Origin: Thermodesulfobacteriota bacterium | GTDB taxonomy: Bacteria; Desulfobacterota_D; UBA1144; Nemesobacterales; Mycalebacteriaceae | Reading direction: 5' to 3' | DNA length: 64,000 bases | NCBI GenBank assembly: GCA_965226585.1 | Contig: OZ245366.1 | Span: forward strand, 1,344,001-1,408,000 | Shown: piece after piece, positions 1-10,077 of the stretch | Numbering within the stretch: position 1 is the first letter of the stretch | Layout of the letters: every line of letters starts with the position of its first letter | Program-made: the position numbers and the translations under genes | Notes under the pieces: model-generated | The model's input: only the letters and a program-made list of their open reading frames with translations | Databases searched by the model: none | What the model was told of the DNA's origin: nothing

Positions 1-3000
1 TGACCGTTCCCGAAGCTCCCGCAGAAACCGCAGAACTGCCCGTGCCTTCCGCCCAAACCTTTCCTTCGTTTGAAACATTCAAAGTTGCCGTAACTATAGA
101 ACTGCTTGTCGCCCCGTTGCTCCACACTTTCGCGCCATTGACTGTTACGGAGGTTGTTGCCGTAACTGTGTTGCTTGTTACGCCGTTTGACCAAACATCT
201 GCGCCGTTCCAAATGCTGACAGTTGGCGCAACTATGGTGTCGGTTGTGTTGCCTTCCGTCCAGACCTGAGTGCCCGTACTGTTGACTGTTGCTGTTGTTC
301 TCGCCGAAACCGCCTGACTTCCCGCGCCGTTTGCCCACACTTTCACACCGTCATTGATAAATGCCGATGATGCGTCTTTTACTGTTGAAACGCCGTCAAC
401 TGTTGTCCAAACCTGTCCGTCTCCGTCTGCTGATACGATGTTGGCATTTATTCTGCTTCTCGCCGCAACCGCCGAACTTGTCGCGCCTTCCGCCCAAACC
501 TTTCCACCGCCGGAAATATTCAAAGTTGCGGCAACTATCGTGTTGCTTGTCGCGCCGTTGCTCCACACATTCGCGTTATTGACTGTTACGGTGGTTGTTG
601 CCCTAACCGCGTTACTTGTTACGCCGTTTGACCACACATTCGCGCCGTTCCAAATATTGGTACGCGAAGCCGATACGGCGTCGCTTGTGTCGCCTTCCGC
701 CCAGACCTGAGTGCCTGTGCCGTTGACTGTTGCTGCTACAGACGGTAGTGCTGACGTCGTTACCGACGCAACCGCCGCACTGCCCGCGCCGTTTGCCCAC
801 ACTTTCACGCCGTCATTAATAAATACCTCTGCTCCTTCTACTGTGTGAACTCCGCCAACCGTTGTCCAAACCTGTCCCGTTGCGTCATCCGCCACTATGT
901 TGACCGTTCCCGAAGTTCCCGCAGCAACCGCCCCGCTTTCCGTGCCTACCGCCCAAACCTTTCCTTCATTTGAAACATTCAAAGTTGCCGTAACTACCGT
1001 GTTGCTTGATGCTCCGTTGCTCCAAACCTGCGCGTCATTAACTGTTACGGTTGTTGCCGCAACCGCTCTGCTTGTTACGCCGTTTGCCCAAACATCTGCT
1101 TTGTTCCAGATATTGACGGTTGTCGCAAGGATGGTGTCGGCTGTGCCGCCTTCGCTTGTCCAGACTTGGGTGCCCATGCCGTTGACTGTTGCCGTTGTCG
1201 CCGCAACCGCCTGACTTCCCGCTCCGTTTGCCCAAACTTTTACGCCGTCATTGATATGTGCCGTTGTCGCTTTTACTGTCGGAACGCCGCCAACCGTTGT
1301 CCAAACCTGTCCCGTTGCGTCATCCGCCACTATGTTGACCGTCCCTGAAGTTCCCGCAGAAACCGCAGAACTTGTCGTGCCTTCCGCCCAAACCTTTCCT
1401 TCATTTGAAACATTCAAAGTTTCCGTAACTATAGAGTTGCTTGTCGCCCCGTTGCTCCACACTTTCGCGTTATTAACTGTTACAGAAGTTGTTGCCGTAA
1501 CCGCATTGCTTGTTACGCCGTTTGCCCATACATCTGCGCCGTTCCAAATGCTGACAGTTGGAGCAACGATGGTGTCGGTTGTGTTGCCTTCCGTCCAGAC
1601 CTGAGTGTCTGTACTGTTGACTGTTGCCGTTGTCGCCGCAACCGCCTGACTTTCCGCTCCGTTTGCCCATACTTTTACGCCGTCATTGATATATGCCGTT
1701 GTCGCTTTTACTGTTGAAACGCCGCCAACCGTTGTCCAAACCTGTCCCGTTGCGTCATCCGCCACTATGTTGACCGTCCCTGAAGTTCCCGCAGAAACCG
1801 CAGAACTTGTCGCGCCTTCCGCCCAAACCTTTCCTTCATTTGAAACATTCAAAGTTTCCGTAACTATAGAGTTGCTTGTCGCTCCGTTGCTCCACACTTT
1901 CGCGCCATTGACTGTTACGGTTGTTGCCGTAACTGTGTTGCTTGTTACGCCGTTTGCCCAAACATCTGCTTCGTTCCAAATGTTCACAGTTGTCGCAACT
2001 ATGGTGTCGGCTGTGCCGCCTTCGCTTGTCCAGACCTGAGTGCCCGTGCCGTTGACTGTTGCCGTTGTCGCCGAAGCCGCCTGACTTCCCGCTCCATTTG
2101 CCCACACTTTCACGCCGTCATTGATATATGCCGTTGTCGCTTTTACTGTCGGAACGCCGCCAACCGTTGTCCAAACCTGTCCCGTTGCGTCATCCGCCAC
2201 TATGTTGACCGTTCCCGAAGCTCCCGCAGAAACCGCAGAACTTGTCGCGCCTTCCGCCCAAACCTTTCCTTCGTTTGAAACATTCAAAGTTGCCGTAACT
2301 ACCGTGTTGCTTGTCGCTCCGTTGCTCCACACTTTCGCGCCATTGACTGTTACGGAGGTTGTTGCCGTAACTGCGTTGCTTGTTACGCCGTTTGCCCAAA
2401 CATCTGCGCCGTTCCAAATGTTCACAGTTGGCGCAACGATGGTGTCGGTTGTGTTGCCTTCCGTCCAGACCTGAGTGTCCGTACTGTTGACTGTTGCCGT
2501 TGTTCTCGCCGCAACCGCCTGACTTCCCGCTCCGTTTGCCCACACTTTCACGCCGTCATTGATATATGCTAATGATGCTCCTCCTACTGTTGAAACACCG
2601 TTAACTGTTGTCCAAACCTGTCCGTCTCCGTCTGCTGATACGATGTTGGCCGTTATGCTACCTCTCGCATAAACCGCAGAACTGCCCGTGCCTTCCGCCC
2701 AAACCTTTCCACCGCCGGAAATATTCAAAGTTGTCGTAATTACCGTGTTGCTTGTCGCCCCGTTGCTCCACACATTCGCGTCATTAACTGTTACGGTGGC
2801 TGTTGCCCTAACCGCATTGCTTGTGTCGCCGTTAGCCCAAACATTCGCGCCGTTCCAAATGTTGACGGTTGACGCCCCGGAGATGGTGACGGTTGTGTCG
2901 CCTTCCGTCCAGACCTGAGTGCCTGCGCCGTTGACTGTTGCTGTTGTTACCTCAACCGCCCGAGTTCTCGCCCCGTTTGCCCAAACTTTCACACCGTCAT

Positions 3001-3600
3001 TGATATACGCCGTTGTCGCTACTACTGTCGGAAAGCCGCCAACCGCCCAAACCTCTCCCGTTGCGTCATCCGCCACTATGTTGACCGTTCCCGAACTTCC
3101 CGCAGAAACCGCCGCACTGCCCGTGCCGTTTGCCCAAACCTTTCCCTGGTTTGAAACATTCAAAGTTTCTGTAACTACCGTGTTGCTTGTCGCTCCGCTG
3201 CTCCACACTTTCGCGCCATTGACTGTTACGGTTGTTGCCTTAACCGCATTGCTTGTCGCGCCGTTTGACCAAACATTCGCTTCGTTCCAAATGTTCACAG
3301 TTGTCGCAACTATGGTGTCGGCTGTGCCGCCTTCGCTTGTCCAGACTTGGGTGCCCATGCCGTTGACTGTTGCTGTTGTCGCCGAAACCGCCTGACTTCC
3401 CGCTCCGTTTGCCCAAACTTTTACGCCGTCATTGATATATGCCGTTGTCGCTTTTACTGTTGAAGCGCCGCCAACCGTTGTCCAAACCTCTCCCGTTGCG
3501 TCATCCGCCACTATGTTGACCGTTCCTGAATCTCCCGCAGAAACCGCAGAACTTCCCGCGCCGTTTGCCCAAACCTTTCCACCGTTTGAAACATTCAAAG
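1..3600 (-). repeat. Intragenic tandem repeat, ~435-bp (145-aa) super-unit made of six ~24-aa VW rungs
   Basis: Near-identical blocks recur every 435 bp (antisense ORFs at 1251, 1686 and 2121 are near copies). The unit reads VWANG…/VWTEG…/VWANG…/VWSNG…/VWAEG…/VWTTVGG…. Confidence 0.9.
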
Positions 3601-4990
3601 TTTCCGTAACTATAGAGTTGCTTGTGTCGCCTTCCGTCCACACTTCAGAGCCGTTGACCACAACAGTTGTTGCTGAAATGGCGTTGGCTGTCGCTCCGGT
3701 AGCCCGCACTTTTGAGGCGTTCCACACATTCACCGCGCCAGTTGTTGAGATTGTGGTGGCTTCCGTTTTGTTCGTCCATACATCCGCGCCGCTGACATCA
3801 ACATCACCGGTCGCCAAAATCGCGAAATCCGAACCATTGCCGCCGACATCTGCGCCCACAATATTCACCGTTGACGCATTAATTGCCGCAAATCCGCCTT
3901 CCGTCCAGACGGAAAGACCGTCCGCTTCTCCCGCCACTACTGACAGGGTTCCCGTGGTTGAAGCTTCAATGGCAATACTTCCGGCTCCATCCGCAAAGAT
4001 AACTGAACCGCCGTTTCCGCCTATGTTTATGTCTCCGCCGCTTGTGGATGTTGCTATAATGCCGTTCCCGCCTGTGAGGGTTGAGCCTTTTCCGCCTCTT
4101 CCATAGACGACTCCGTTCGTGAGAGCGAGGTCAATGTTTCCGCTAACCGTGTTGGCTATGATGCCGTCTTTACCAAGTATGCAGGCGGTGTCGTTCATAA
4201 GTACCATGCTTATGGATCCCGTGCCTGCGGTGGATGCCGCCAAGCCGTAAGACTCTCCCACGGATGAGGCGATTATTGCCGCGCTGTCTATAAGTTCAAC
4301 TGTTATGTCTCCGCTTGCGGATGTGAGTGTCGCGCCTCTGGTGTCTTCAACTGTGTCTTCCTTGCCTGTGCCGCTTCTGGCTCCATACAGGTGGATTGCC
4401 GAATATATCCCGCTAAATGAAAGTTCAATATCTCCGCCTACTGTGTTTGCTATAAGACCGTTTGTGCCTTGTTTGTCTGAAACGATTATTCCCTGATTGG
4501 AGAAGTCCGCGACCACTTTTCCGCCTGTGGATGTTGCTATAATGCCGTTTCCGCCGGTTCCCCCGATTTTAACTTCTGTGACGTTGTGAATGTCTATATC
4601 CACATTGCCCGTTCCGGCTGTGATGGTAACAACGTTTCCATCGCTTCCGCCTTTGGTGGTGGACGACTTATCATCGGTTCGGAAGGTAGCGTCAATCGCG
4701 CCGCCGATAACTACTGTGTCTCCACCTGTTTGGGTTGTTGTGATAGTTGAGTTGTAAGAGGTAAGGGTGGCAGACCCTGTGGTGGAGTTGACTGTAACAA
4801 CGGGGTTGTCCGTAACAGAGTCAGGCACCCCGCCTGAGATGTTAAGCGCGGCGTCTCCTGTTGTGGAGGTACAATCAAACGCGGTTGCGGTTGTTGGGGT
4901 TACATCGCCGCAATCTGTTTGTGCATAAGCGGGCGGCGCAAAAGCAAATAGAACTGCGAACATAGAGATGATGGTTAATTTTCTGTGCAT
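1..4990 (-). CDS. AT1: large repetitive beta-helix adhesin/autotransporter passenger, 3' end beyond the window edge
   Basis: Not in the ORF track because it runs off the edge. ATG at 4990 gives MHRKLTIISMFAVLFAFAPPAYAQTDCGDV, a signal peptide paralogous to AT4/AT3. The frame at base 2 (…VWAEGTGSSAVSAGASGTV) is in phase with 4990 (4989 nt). It has the same VW-repeat passenger as AT3/AT4; the barrel is not visible in the window. Confidence 0.85.
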   Translation of the reverse strand, partial: MHRKLTIISMFAVLFAFAPPAYAQTDCGDVTPTTATAFDCTSTTGDAALNISGGVPDSVTDNPVVTVNSTTGSATLTSYNSTITTTQTGGDTVVIGGAIDATFRTDDKSSTTKGGSDGNVVTITAGTGNVDIDIHNVTEVKIGGTGGNGIIATSTGGKVVADFSNQGIIVSDKQGTNGLIANTVGGDIELSFSGIYSAIHLYGARSGTGKEDTVEDTRGATLTSASGDITVELIDSAAIIASSVGESYGLAASTAGTGSISMVLMNDTACILGKDGIIANTVSGNIDLALTNGVVYGRGGKGSTLTGGNGIIATSTSGGDINIGGNGGSVIFADGAGSIAIEASTTGTLSVVAGEADGLSVWTEGGFAAINASTVNIVGADVGGNGSDFAILATGDVDVSGADVWTNKTEATTISTTGAVNVWNASKVRATGATANAISATTVVVNGSEVWTEGDTSNSIVTETLNVSNGGKVWANGAGSSAVSAGDSGTVNIVADDATGEVWTTVGGASTVKATTAYINDGVKVWANGAGSQAVSATTATVNGMGTQVWTSEGGTADTIVATTVNIWNEANVWSNGATSNAVKATTVTVNGAKVWSSGATSNTVVTETLNVSNQGKVWANGTGSAAVSAGSSGTVNIVADDATGEVWAVGGFPTVVATTAYINDGVKVWANGARTRAVEVTTATVNGAGTQVWTEGDTTVTISGASTVNIWNGANVWANGDTSNAVRATATVTVNDANVWSNGATSNTVITTTLNISGGGKVWAEGTGSSAVYARGSITANIVSADGDGQVWTTVNGVSTVGGASLAYINDGVKVWANGAGSQAVAARTTATVNSTDTQVWTEGNTTDTIVAPTVNIWNGADVWANGVTSNAVTATTSVTVNGAKVWSNGATSNTVVTATLNVSNEGKVWAEGATSSAVSAGASGTVNIVADDATGQVWTTVGGVPTVKATTAYINDGVKVWANGAGSQAASATTATVNGTGTQVWTSEGGTADTIVATTVNIWNEADVWANGVTSNTVTATTVTVNGAKVWSNGATSNSIVTETLNVSNEGKVWAEGATSSAVSAGTSGTVNIVADDATGQVWTTVGGVSTVKATTAYINDGVKVWANGAESQAVAATTATVNSTDTQVWTEGNTTDTIVAPTVSIWNGADVWANGVTSNAVTATTSVTVNNAKVWSNGATSNSIVTETLNVSNEGKVWAEGTTSSAVSAGTSGTVNIVADDATGQVWTTVGGVPTVKATTAHINDGVKVWANGAGSQAVAATTATVNGMGTQVWTSEGGTADTILATTVNIWNKADVWANGVTSRAVAATTVTVNDAQVWSNGASSNTVVTATLNVSNEGKVWAVGTESGAVAAGTSGTVNIVADDATGQVWTTVGGVHTVEGAEVFINDGVKVWANGAGSAAVASVTTSALPSVAATVNGTGTQVWAEGDTSDAVSASRTNIWNGANVWSNGVTSNAVRATTTVTVNNANVWSNGATSNTIVAATLNISGGGKVWAEGATSSAVAARSRINANIVSADGDGQVWTTVDGVSTVKDASSAFINDGVKVWANGAGSQAVSARTTATVNSTGTQVWTEGNTTDTIVAPTVSIWNGADVWSNGVTSNTVTATTSVTVNGAKVWSNGATSSSIVTATLNVSNEGKVWAEGTGSSAVSAGASGTV

Positions 4991-5036
4991 AAGGGTTCCC
5001 CTCGGAGGGTTAAATTGGATTGACTAATCTTCGGAA

Positions 5037-5065
5037 AAGATATAGTTCAACGGAAGTTGTGTCAA
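5037..5065 (-). promoter_or_regulatory. Sigma70-like promoter for AT1
   Basis: Minus strand TTGACA (5065-5060), 17 bp, TATCTT (5042-5037). A homologous promoter precedes AT4. Confidence 0.7.
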
Positions 5066-5096
5066 GAGTTGAAAAGGGAGACAGGAAAAAAATTTT

Positions 5097-6120
5097 TCAT
5101 TCCTGCGGAGGCAGGAATCCGGCATTGGTTTAGCCGGTTGAATACCAGTTGAATACTGGATTCCGTGTCAGGCACGGAATGACGGGAGGGGGAAAAAGGC
5201 ACGGAATGGCACACTTTCCCGTCATTCCTGCGGAAGCAGGAATCCAGTATTGGTTAGCCAGCTGAATACTGGATTCCGTGTCAGGCACGGAATGACGGGA
5301 TGGGGAAAAAGGCACGGAATGGCACACTTTCCCGTCATTCCTGCGAAAGCAGGAATCCAGTATTGGTTTAGCCATGTTGAATACTGGATTCCGTGTCAGG
5401 CACGGAATGACGGAAAGGAAAAAAGGCGCGGAATGACACACTTTCCCGTCATTCCTGCGAAAGCAGGAATCCAGTATTGGTTAGCCAGTTGAATACTGGA
5501 TTCCGTGTCAAGCACGGAATGACGGGATGGGGAAAAAGGCACGGAATGGCACACTTTCCCGTCATTCCTGCGGAAGCAGGAATCCAGTATTGGTTTAGCC
5601 CAGTTGAATACTGGATTCCGTGTCAGGCACGGAATGACGGGATGGGGAAAAAGGCACGGAATGACACACTTTCCCGTCATTCCTGCGGAAGCAGGAATCC
5701 AGTATTGGTTAGCCAACTGAATACTGGATTCCGTGTCAGGCACGGAATGACGGGAGGGGAAAAAGGCACGGAATGACACACTTTCCCGTCATTCCTGCGG
5801 AAGCAGGAATCCAGTATTGGTTAGCCAGCTGAATACTGGATTCCGTGTCAGGCACGGAATGACGGGATGGGGAAAAAGGCACGGAATGGCACTTCCCCGT
5901 CATTCCTGCGGAAGCAGGAATCCAGTATTGGTTAACCAGTTGAATACTGGATTCCGTGTCAGGCACGGAATGACGGGATGGGGAAAAAGGCACGGAATGG
6001 CACACTTTCCCGTCATTCCTGCGGAAGCAGGAATCCAGTATTGGTTAACCAGTTGAATACTGGATTCCGTGTCAAGCACGGAATGACGGAAAGGAAAAAA
6101 AGGCACGGAATGACGGGATG
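5097..6120. repeat. Tandem array of 9 palindromic composite units (~113 bp), BIME/NIME-like, CGTC-type REP
   Basis: Units start at ~5097 (degenerate), 5221, 5334, 5448, 5561, 5676, 5788, 5899 and 6012. Each is GTCATTCCTGCG(G/A)AAGCAGGAATCCAG + TATTGGTTAGCCAGTTGAATA + CTGGATTCCGTGTCAGGCACGGAATGAC + a purine-rich linker carrying a partial repeat end. There are no unique spacers. Confidence 0.95.
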
Positions 6121-6122
6121 GG

Positions 6123-9100
6123 TCAAAAACTGTAATTAACCCCGCCTCTGAACTCTTGCACAAAAGTATCAAAACTCGCGCTCATTCCGCCATCGTAATC
6201 AATCCTTACACTCAATTCCCGCAGAGGAGCATAAGGCGTGTATTCAAAACCCGCGCCGTAGTTGAACATTATCCGGTCCTGCCCGCCGCTTCGGGGAACA
6301 TTACCGTCAGCAAGAGTCGCCTCAAGTTCCGCCTCAGGGTTCAAGATGTGTATGTCCGCACCTGCGCGAATTCTCATATTTACCGTCTCACTCAAAGGCG
6401 AACGCGCCTCAAATGACGGACTTACATATACCAGTATCTCGCTTGTGTCTTTTACTTTGAAAGCGTCAGCTATTGCCTCAGGAGTGTTTGTTAAGGAAGT
6501 CTCATCAAACGCCCCCGCTGTTACATAAGACGCTCCAATCTCTATACGGGGAAACAACGCAAAAGTGCCGGACAAAAACGGCATTGCCGCGCCAAGCGCG
6601 CCGCCGAATACTGTTGCGTTTGTGTCCGCAGTGTAACGGTTATCTCCCGCAGTGCGGGTTGATTCCCAACTCGTAGAAACATACTGAAACCTGCCGTCAA
6701 CCATGTATCTGTCCACTATTGTGGAAGCGAAAATGCCGCCCATAAATCTTGTTGCCTCTCCGCTTGCGTCTGCTCTGCCTTCATCAGTCATCACATCCAT
6801 ATCAAGGTTTGATATTTCATAACCGCCAGCCACCGAAACAAGAATGCTGTTAAACGGCGCGGAAACGCCGCCGGTGAAGGTATAGACATCTTCGTCATAG
6901 TTAATCGCTGAAGAATAACGTGTGTACCTTCCGCCCGATGTTGCCCACACGCAACCAGTCCAGAAATCTCCGTCTATTTCATCACTTGCCGCAGAGCCGT
7001 AACCGCAACCGCTTGAAAGTTTTGTGGCAAAACTCCTGTCTGCGCGGTAAGCGGATTGTATGAGAGAATCATAAATATCTAAACTGGCATCTTTCAGCGA
7101 CATTGCCGTCAGGAAAAGGTTGCCGTCTCCATCAGTCTGAACACTTCCCCTTTCGCCTATTCCCGCATTCAGACGCTCTACAACTTCCTGCCTTTCTTCG
7201 CCTTCGGGCAGGTCGTCCGCTTCAAAAATTGTGTATTCCGTTATATGCGCTCCGGGAACATCAACTTCAACATTGAAACCTTTTACATCTTCCGCAGTTA
7301 TCTCGCCTTCAATATCTATGAGCGGTTTGCCTGTCATCTCTTCGGGGTCTGCCAAGACAACAAGGGTTGAATTTTCTCCAAAGGTTATTTTTTCCAGTCC
7401 CGCAAATCCGCCTGTGTCTTGAATTACGATTGTGCCTTCGTTTATGAAATGGTCATCGCCATCGCCAAAGTTAATGGTTGCCCGTTCCGGCTCCCGCTCA
7501 GGCGCGGCGGCGGATAGGCGGAAGCGGCTGTCGCCGCTTGCTGACCCCTCCCCCGTCATTCCTGCCTCCCCCGTCATTCCTGCGGAAGCAGGAATCCAGT
7601 ATTGGTTAGCCAGTTGAATACTGGATTCCGTGTCAGGCACGGAATGACGGGAGGGCGCGGAATGACGGGAAGGGGAGGATGCGGAATGACGGGAAGGCGC
7701 GGACGAATGACGGGCGGGCGTAGAAAGCCCCTCAACTTCGTCATCGTCACCGTATATGACCATACCCGCGCCGTTTATTATGCCGGAGTTCTCGACAATA
7801 TCATCGCCGTCTCCCGTGTCAAAATCGCCGGTAAGCGTCATAACTCCCGTTTCTTCGTTGTAGAGTTCGTCATTGCCATCGCCCATGGTGCCGCTTCCGG
7901 TGAATATGCCTCTGTTCTCGAAAAAGTCATCGCCGTCTCCCATGTCAAAAGAGCCGCCGGTAGTTGTGATAACTCCCGATTCTTTGTTGCTAACAATATC
8001 GTGAGAATCGCTCAGTTGAATATTTCCGACTATCGTTCCCATATTGTTCAGAGTAGCGTGTAAGTCCTTCCTACCTAAACTGCTCCCGTCATCGTCTAAA
8101 CGCAAGGCATCCACCCTGTTCGCGGCTGTAACCACACACTCGTTACGAAATTCCACGCCGCCGCACAAAAGACCGCCCTCATAAATTTCCACAACAGTTC
8201 CCTGATAAGACGAACTGCCGCTTCTCAAATATGCCGCCACAGAGTTCATCCCGGAGGCATACACACTCGCGCTTCTGTGGATGTAGAGTGTTGCATTGCC
8301 CGTGCCGCTGGAAGATTCTCCCTTGGAAAGCAGGATGGTTGTGCTGTCCGCTCCGGTTGTGTACACACGCGATTCGGCTATGTTCGCAACAGAAGCTCTC
8401 TTGGGCGCGTTAATATTCACCGCCACACTGTTCACACCATTTGTGAACACACCAGACGAACTGCTAATAGAAACAGTTGAGTTCGCGCTTTCCGCGCTCC
8501 CTTCCCCTATCCATATCGCGTGGCTGTCATTTGCCGCCGTGTACACCCGCGCCCCGGCGGATACTTGTATGTAGGAATCCCCGGTAGTGCTGTTAAAAGA
8601 TATGGCGTTGCTTTCCGCCCCGTTCGCAAACACTCTGGAAAAATCGTGAACCGTTATATGTCCAACCGCCTCCGTATCTACGATTATGGCACTGCCCGCT
8701 TTTGTGGTGAACACGGTTGATGACTGGTTGACTATTATTTGCGTTTTATCGTTGTTTATTCTGTCGTCAAGGTAGCTCAAATAAGGACGCTCTTCCAGAC
8801 CGTTTGCGTAGATTGCCGCGCTTCCCGCGCCGTTTGCCCACACATGAGACTGATTACCGACAGTTATAAGTTGGTCTCTGCTACTAACATTGCCGTAGAT
8901 TGTGCGCGACCCGTCTCCCTGCGACCACACGTTTGAGCCGTTGATTTCAATTCCCACAAACCGGTGGGAATCCCCCCACAGCGCGCGTCCGTCTTGCCCC
9001 GTTGCCCAAACCCTTGAGCCGTTGGCAATCACAATATAAGAATCGGTTGTTAATGATGATGTTGTCTTTGTCCTTATGCCGTATCCGTCTCTGCCCGTAG

Positions 9101-9986
9101 TTTTGATGTTTGAACCGCTGACAACAACATTGCCTCCTCCCGCTCCCAGCATATTCATAAAGACTGCCGATGAACGTGTAGGCGAGGTAGTTCGTGTGGA
9201 ATTTTCAAAGATGTCTGAATCGCTAATTTCCACATAGGTTCTGCCAGCCCCCGTTGTCCGCGTCCTGATGGTGTTTGAGTCCCGGCTTGAACTTCGTTCG
9301 CCAGTCCACATTTTTGACGAGCTGACCTTCAAGGTAATCGCGTTGGCTCCGGCGTCTGAGTTTGACGAGAAGGCAAAAATTGCCGAACTGTCGGACTTTC
9401 CCGCCCATATTGTTGAGCCGTTTATGCTGACCGCAACACTGCCGCCTCCGGCATTGGCAACAACCGCGTTTGAGTCCGCCCCGTCCGCCCATATATGCGA
9501 GCCGTTTATTTCAATGTCTATATTCTCGCTGTCGCCCGCGCTGCTGAAATGAGCGATGTTCGCATATCTGGGTACTATGCGCGCGCCTATTTGCGAGTTG
9601 TGAATGGCAACAGACATTGCCGCAGGGGTCGCCGTTTCCGCCCACACCGCGCCCGCTCTCTGTCCGCCGTTTGCCCACACATTCAGGTTGCGGAGTTCAA
9701 GCGCGGGGCTGTCTGTCCTGATAGTGTTGACACTGCCGCCAACAGACCATATTTCCATCGTCTCGCCTTCCGCCGCGAGGATTGAGAGTTTGTCGGCGCC
9801 TTCAGACCATATTGCCGAACTGCTCGCCCCGCTTGCCCATATTTTTGAGGGACCCCGCACGATGAAAGAAACATTGCCGCCCGTGCTTTCCAAGCCAATC
9901 GTTATGCTTTGCGCGTAAGAGTCGCCCGGCGCGGGGAGGGCGAAAAGAAGAGCCAACAGAATAATGGCGATTGATTTTTTAGGCAT
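6123..9986 (-). CDS. AT2: autotransporter-like outer-membrane protein (beta-helix passenger, GDGDD repeats, C-terminal barrel)
   Basis: 1299-aa ORF. The likely start is MPKKSIAIILLALLFALPAPGDSYA (signal peptide) at 9986; the track ATG at 10022 lies inside a repeat remnant. The last ~300 aa are amphipathic beta-strands ending in GGVNYSF (terminal Phe beta-signal). Confidence 0.85.
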   Translation of the reverse strand: MPKKSIAIILLALLFALPAPGDSYAQSITIGLESTGGNVSFIVRGPSKIWASGASSSAIWSEGADKLSILAAEGETMEIWSVGGSVNTIRTDSPALELRNLNVWANGGQRAGAVWAETATPAAMSVAIHNSQIGARIVPRYANIAHFSSAGDSENIDIEINGSHIWADGADSNAVVANAGGGSVAVSINGSTIWAGKSDSSAIFAFSSNSDAGANAITLKVSSSKMWTGERSSSRDSNTIRTRTTGAGRTYVEISDSDIFENSTRTTSPTRSSAVFMNMLGAGGGNVVVSGSNIKTTGRDGYGIRTKTTSSLTTDSYIVIANGSRVWATGQDGRALWGDSHRFVGIEINGSNVWSQGDGSRTIYGNVSSRDQLITVGNQSHVWANGAGSAAIYANGLEERPYLSYLDDRINNDKTQIIVNQSSTVFTTKAGSAIIVDTEAVGHITVHDFSRVFANGAESNAISFNSTTGDSYIQVSAGARVYTAANDSHAIWIGEGSAESANSTVSISSSSGVFTNGVNSVAVNINAPKRASVANIAESRVYTTGADSTTILLSKGESSSGTGNATLYIHRSASVYASGMNSVAAYLRSGSSSYQGTVVEIYEGGLLCGGVEFRNECVVTAANRVDALRLDDDGSSLGRKDLHATLNNMGTIVGNIQLSDSHDIVSNKESGVITTTGGSFDMGDGDDFFENRGIFTGSGTMGDGNDELYNEETGVMTLTGDFDTGDGDDIVENSGIINGAGMVIYGDDDEVEGLSTPARHSSAPSRHSASSPSRHSAPSRHSVPDTESSIQLANQYWIPASAGMTGEAGMTGEGSASGDSRFRLSAAAPEREPERATINFGDGDDHFINEGTIVIQDTGGFAGLEKITFGENSTLVVLADPEEMTGKPLIDIEGEITAEDVKGFNVEVDVPGAHITEYTIFEADDLPEGEERQEVVERLNAGIGERGSVQTDGDGNLFLTAMSLKDASLDIYDSLIQSAYRADRSFATKLSSGCGYGSAASDEIDGDFWTGCVWATSGGRYTRYSSAINYDEDVYTFTGGVSAPFNSILVSVAGGYEISNLDMDVMTDEGRADASGEATRFMGGIFASTIVDRYMVDGRFQYVSTSWESTRTAGDNRYTADTNATVFGGALGAAMPFLSGTFALFPRIEIGASYVTAGAFDETSLTNTPEAIADAFKVKDTSEILVYVSPSFEARSPLSETVNMRIRAGADIHILNPEAELEATLADGNVPRSGGQDRIMFNYGAGFEYTPYAPLRELSVRIDYDGGMSASFDTFVQEFRGGVNYSF
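7551..7715. repeat. In-frame copy of the palindromic unit inside AT2
   Basis: One full unit (7572-7649), a partial head and three GAATGACGGG tails. It translates as PARHSSAPSRHSASSPSRHSAPSRHSVPDTESSIQLANQYWIPASAGMTGEAGMTGEG. Confidence 0.95.
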
Positions 9987-10016
9987 TTTTTCAGTTGGCG
10001 CACAATGTTTTTTGTC

Positions 10017-10077
10017 CGTCATTCCAATACTGGATTCCTGCTTCCGCAGGAATGACGGGAAAAGGCAATGGAATGAC
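10017..10077. repeat. Solo, rearranged palindromic repeat between AT3 and AT2
   Basis: CGTCATTCC-AATA-CTGGATTCCTGCTTCCGCAGGAATGACG (the GCGGAAGC hairpin inverted relative to the arrays), followed by another GGAATGAC end. Confidence 0.9.

Noticed and set aside
5097..6120. CRISPR array (also 25288-25870)
   Set aside because: The sequence between palindromes is nearly identical from unit to unit, so there are no unique spacers; no cas genes are in the window.
5130..6172. ORFs with VIPAKAGIQ / RHSVPDTESS / WIPASAGMT peptides in both arrays
   Set aside because: They are translations of the palindromic repeat in several frames and strands, with no ribosome-binding sites and frame-shifting unit lengths.
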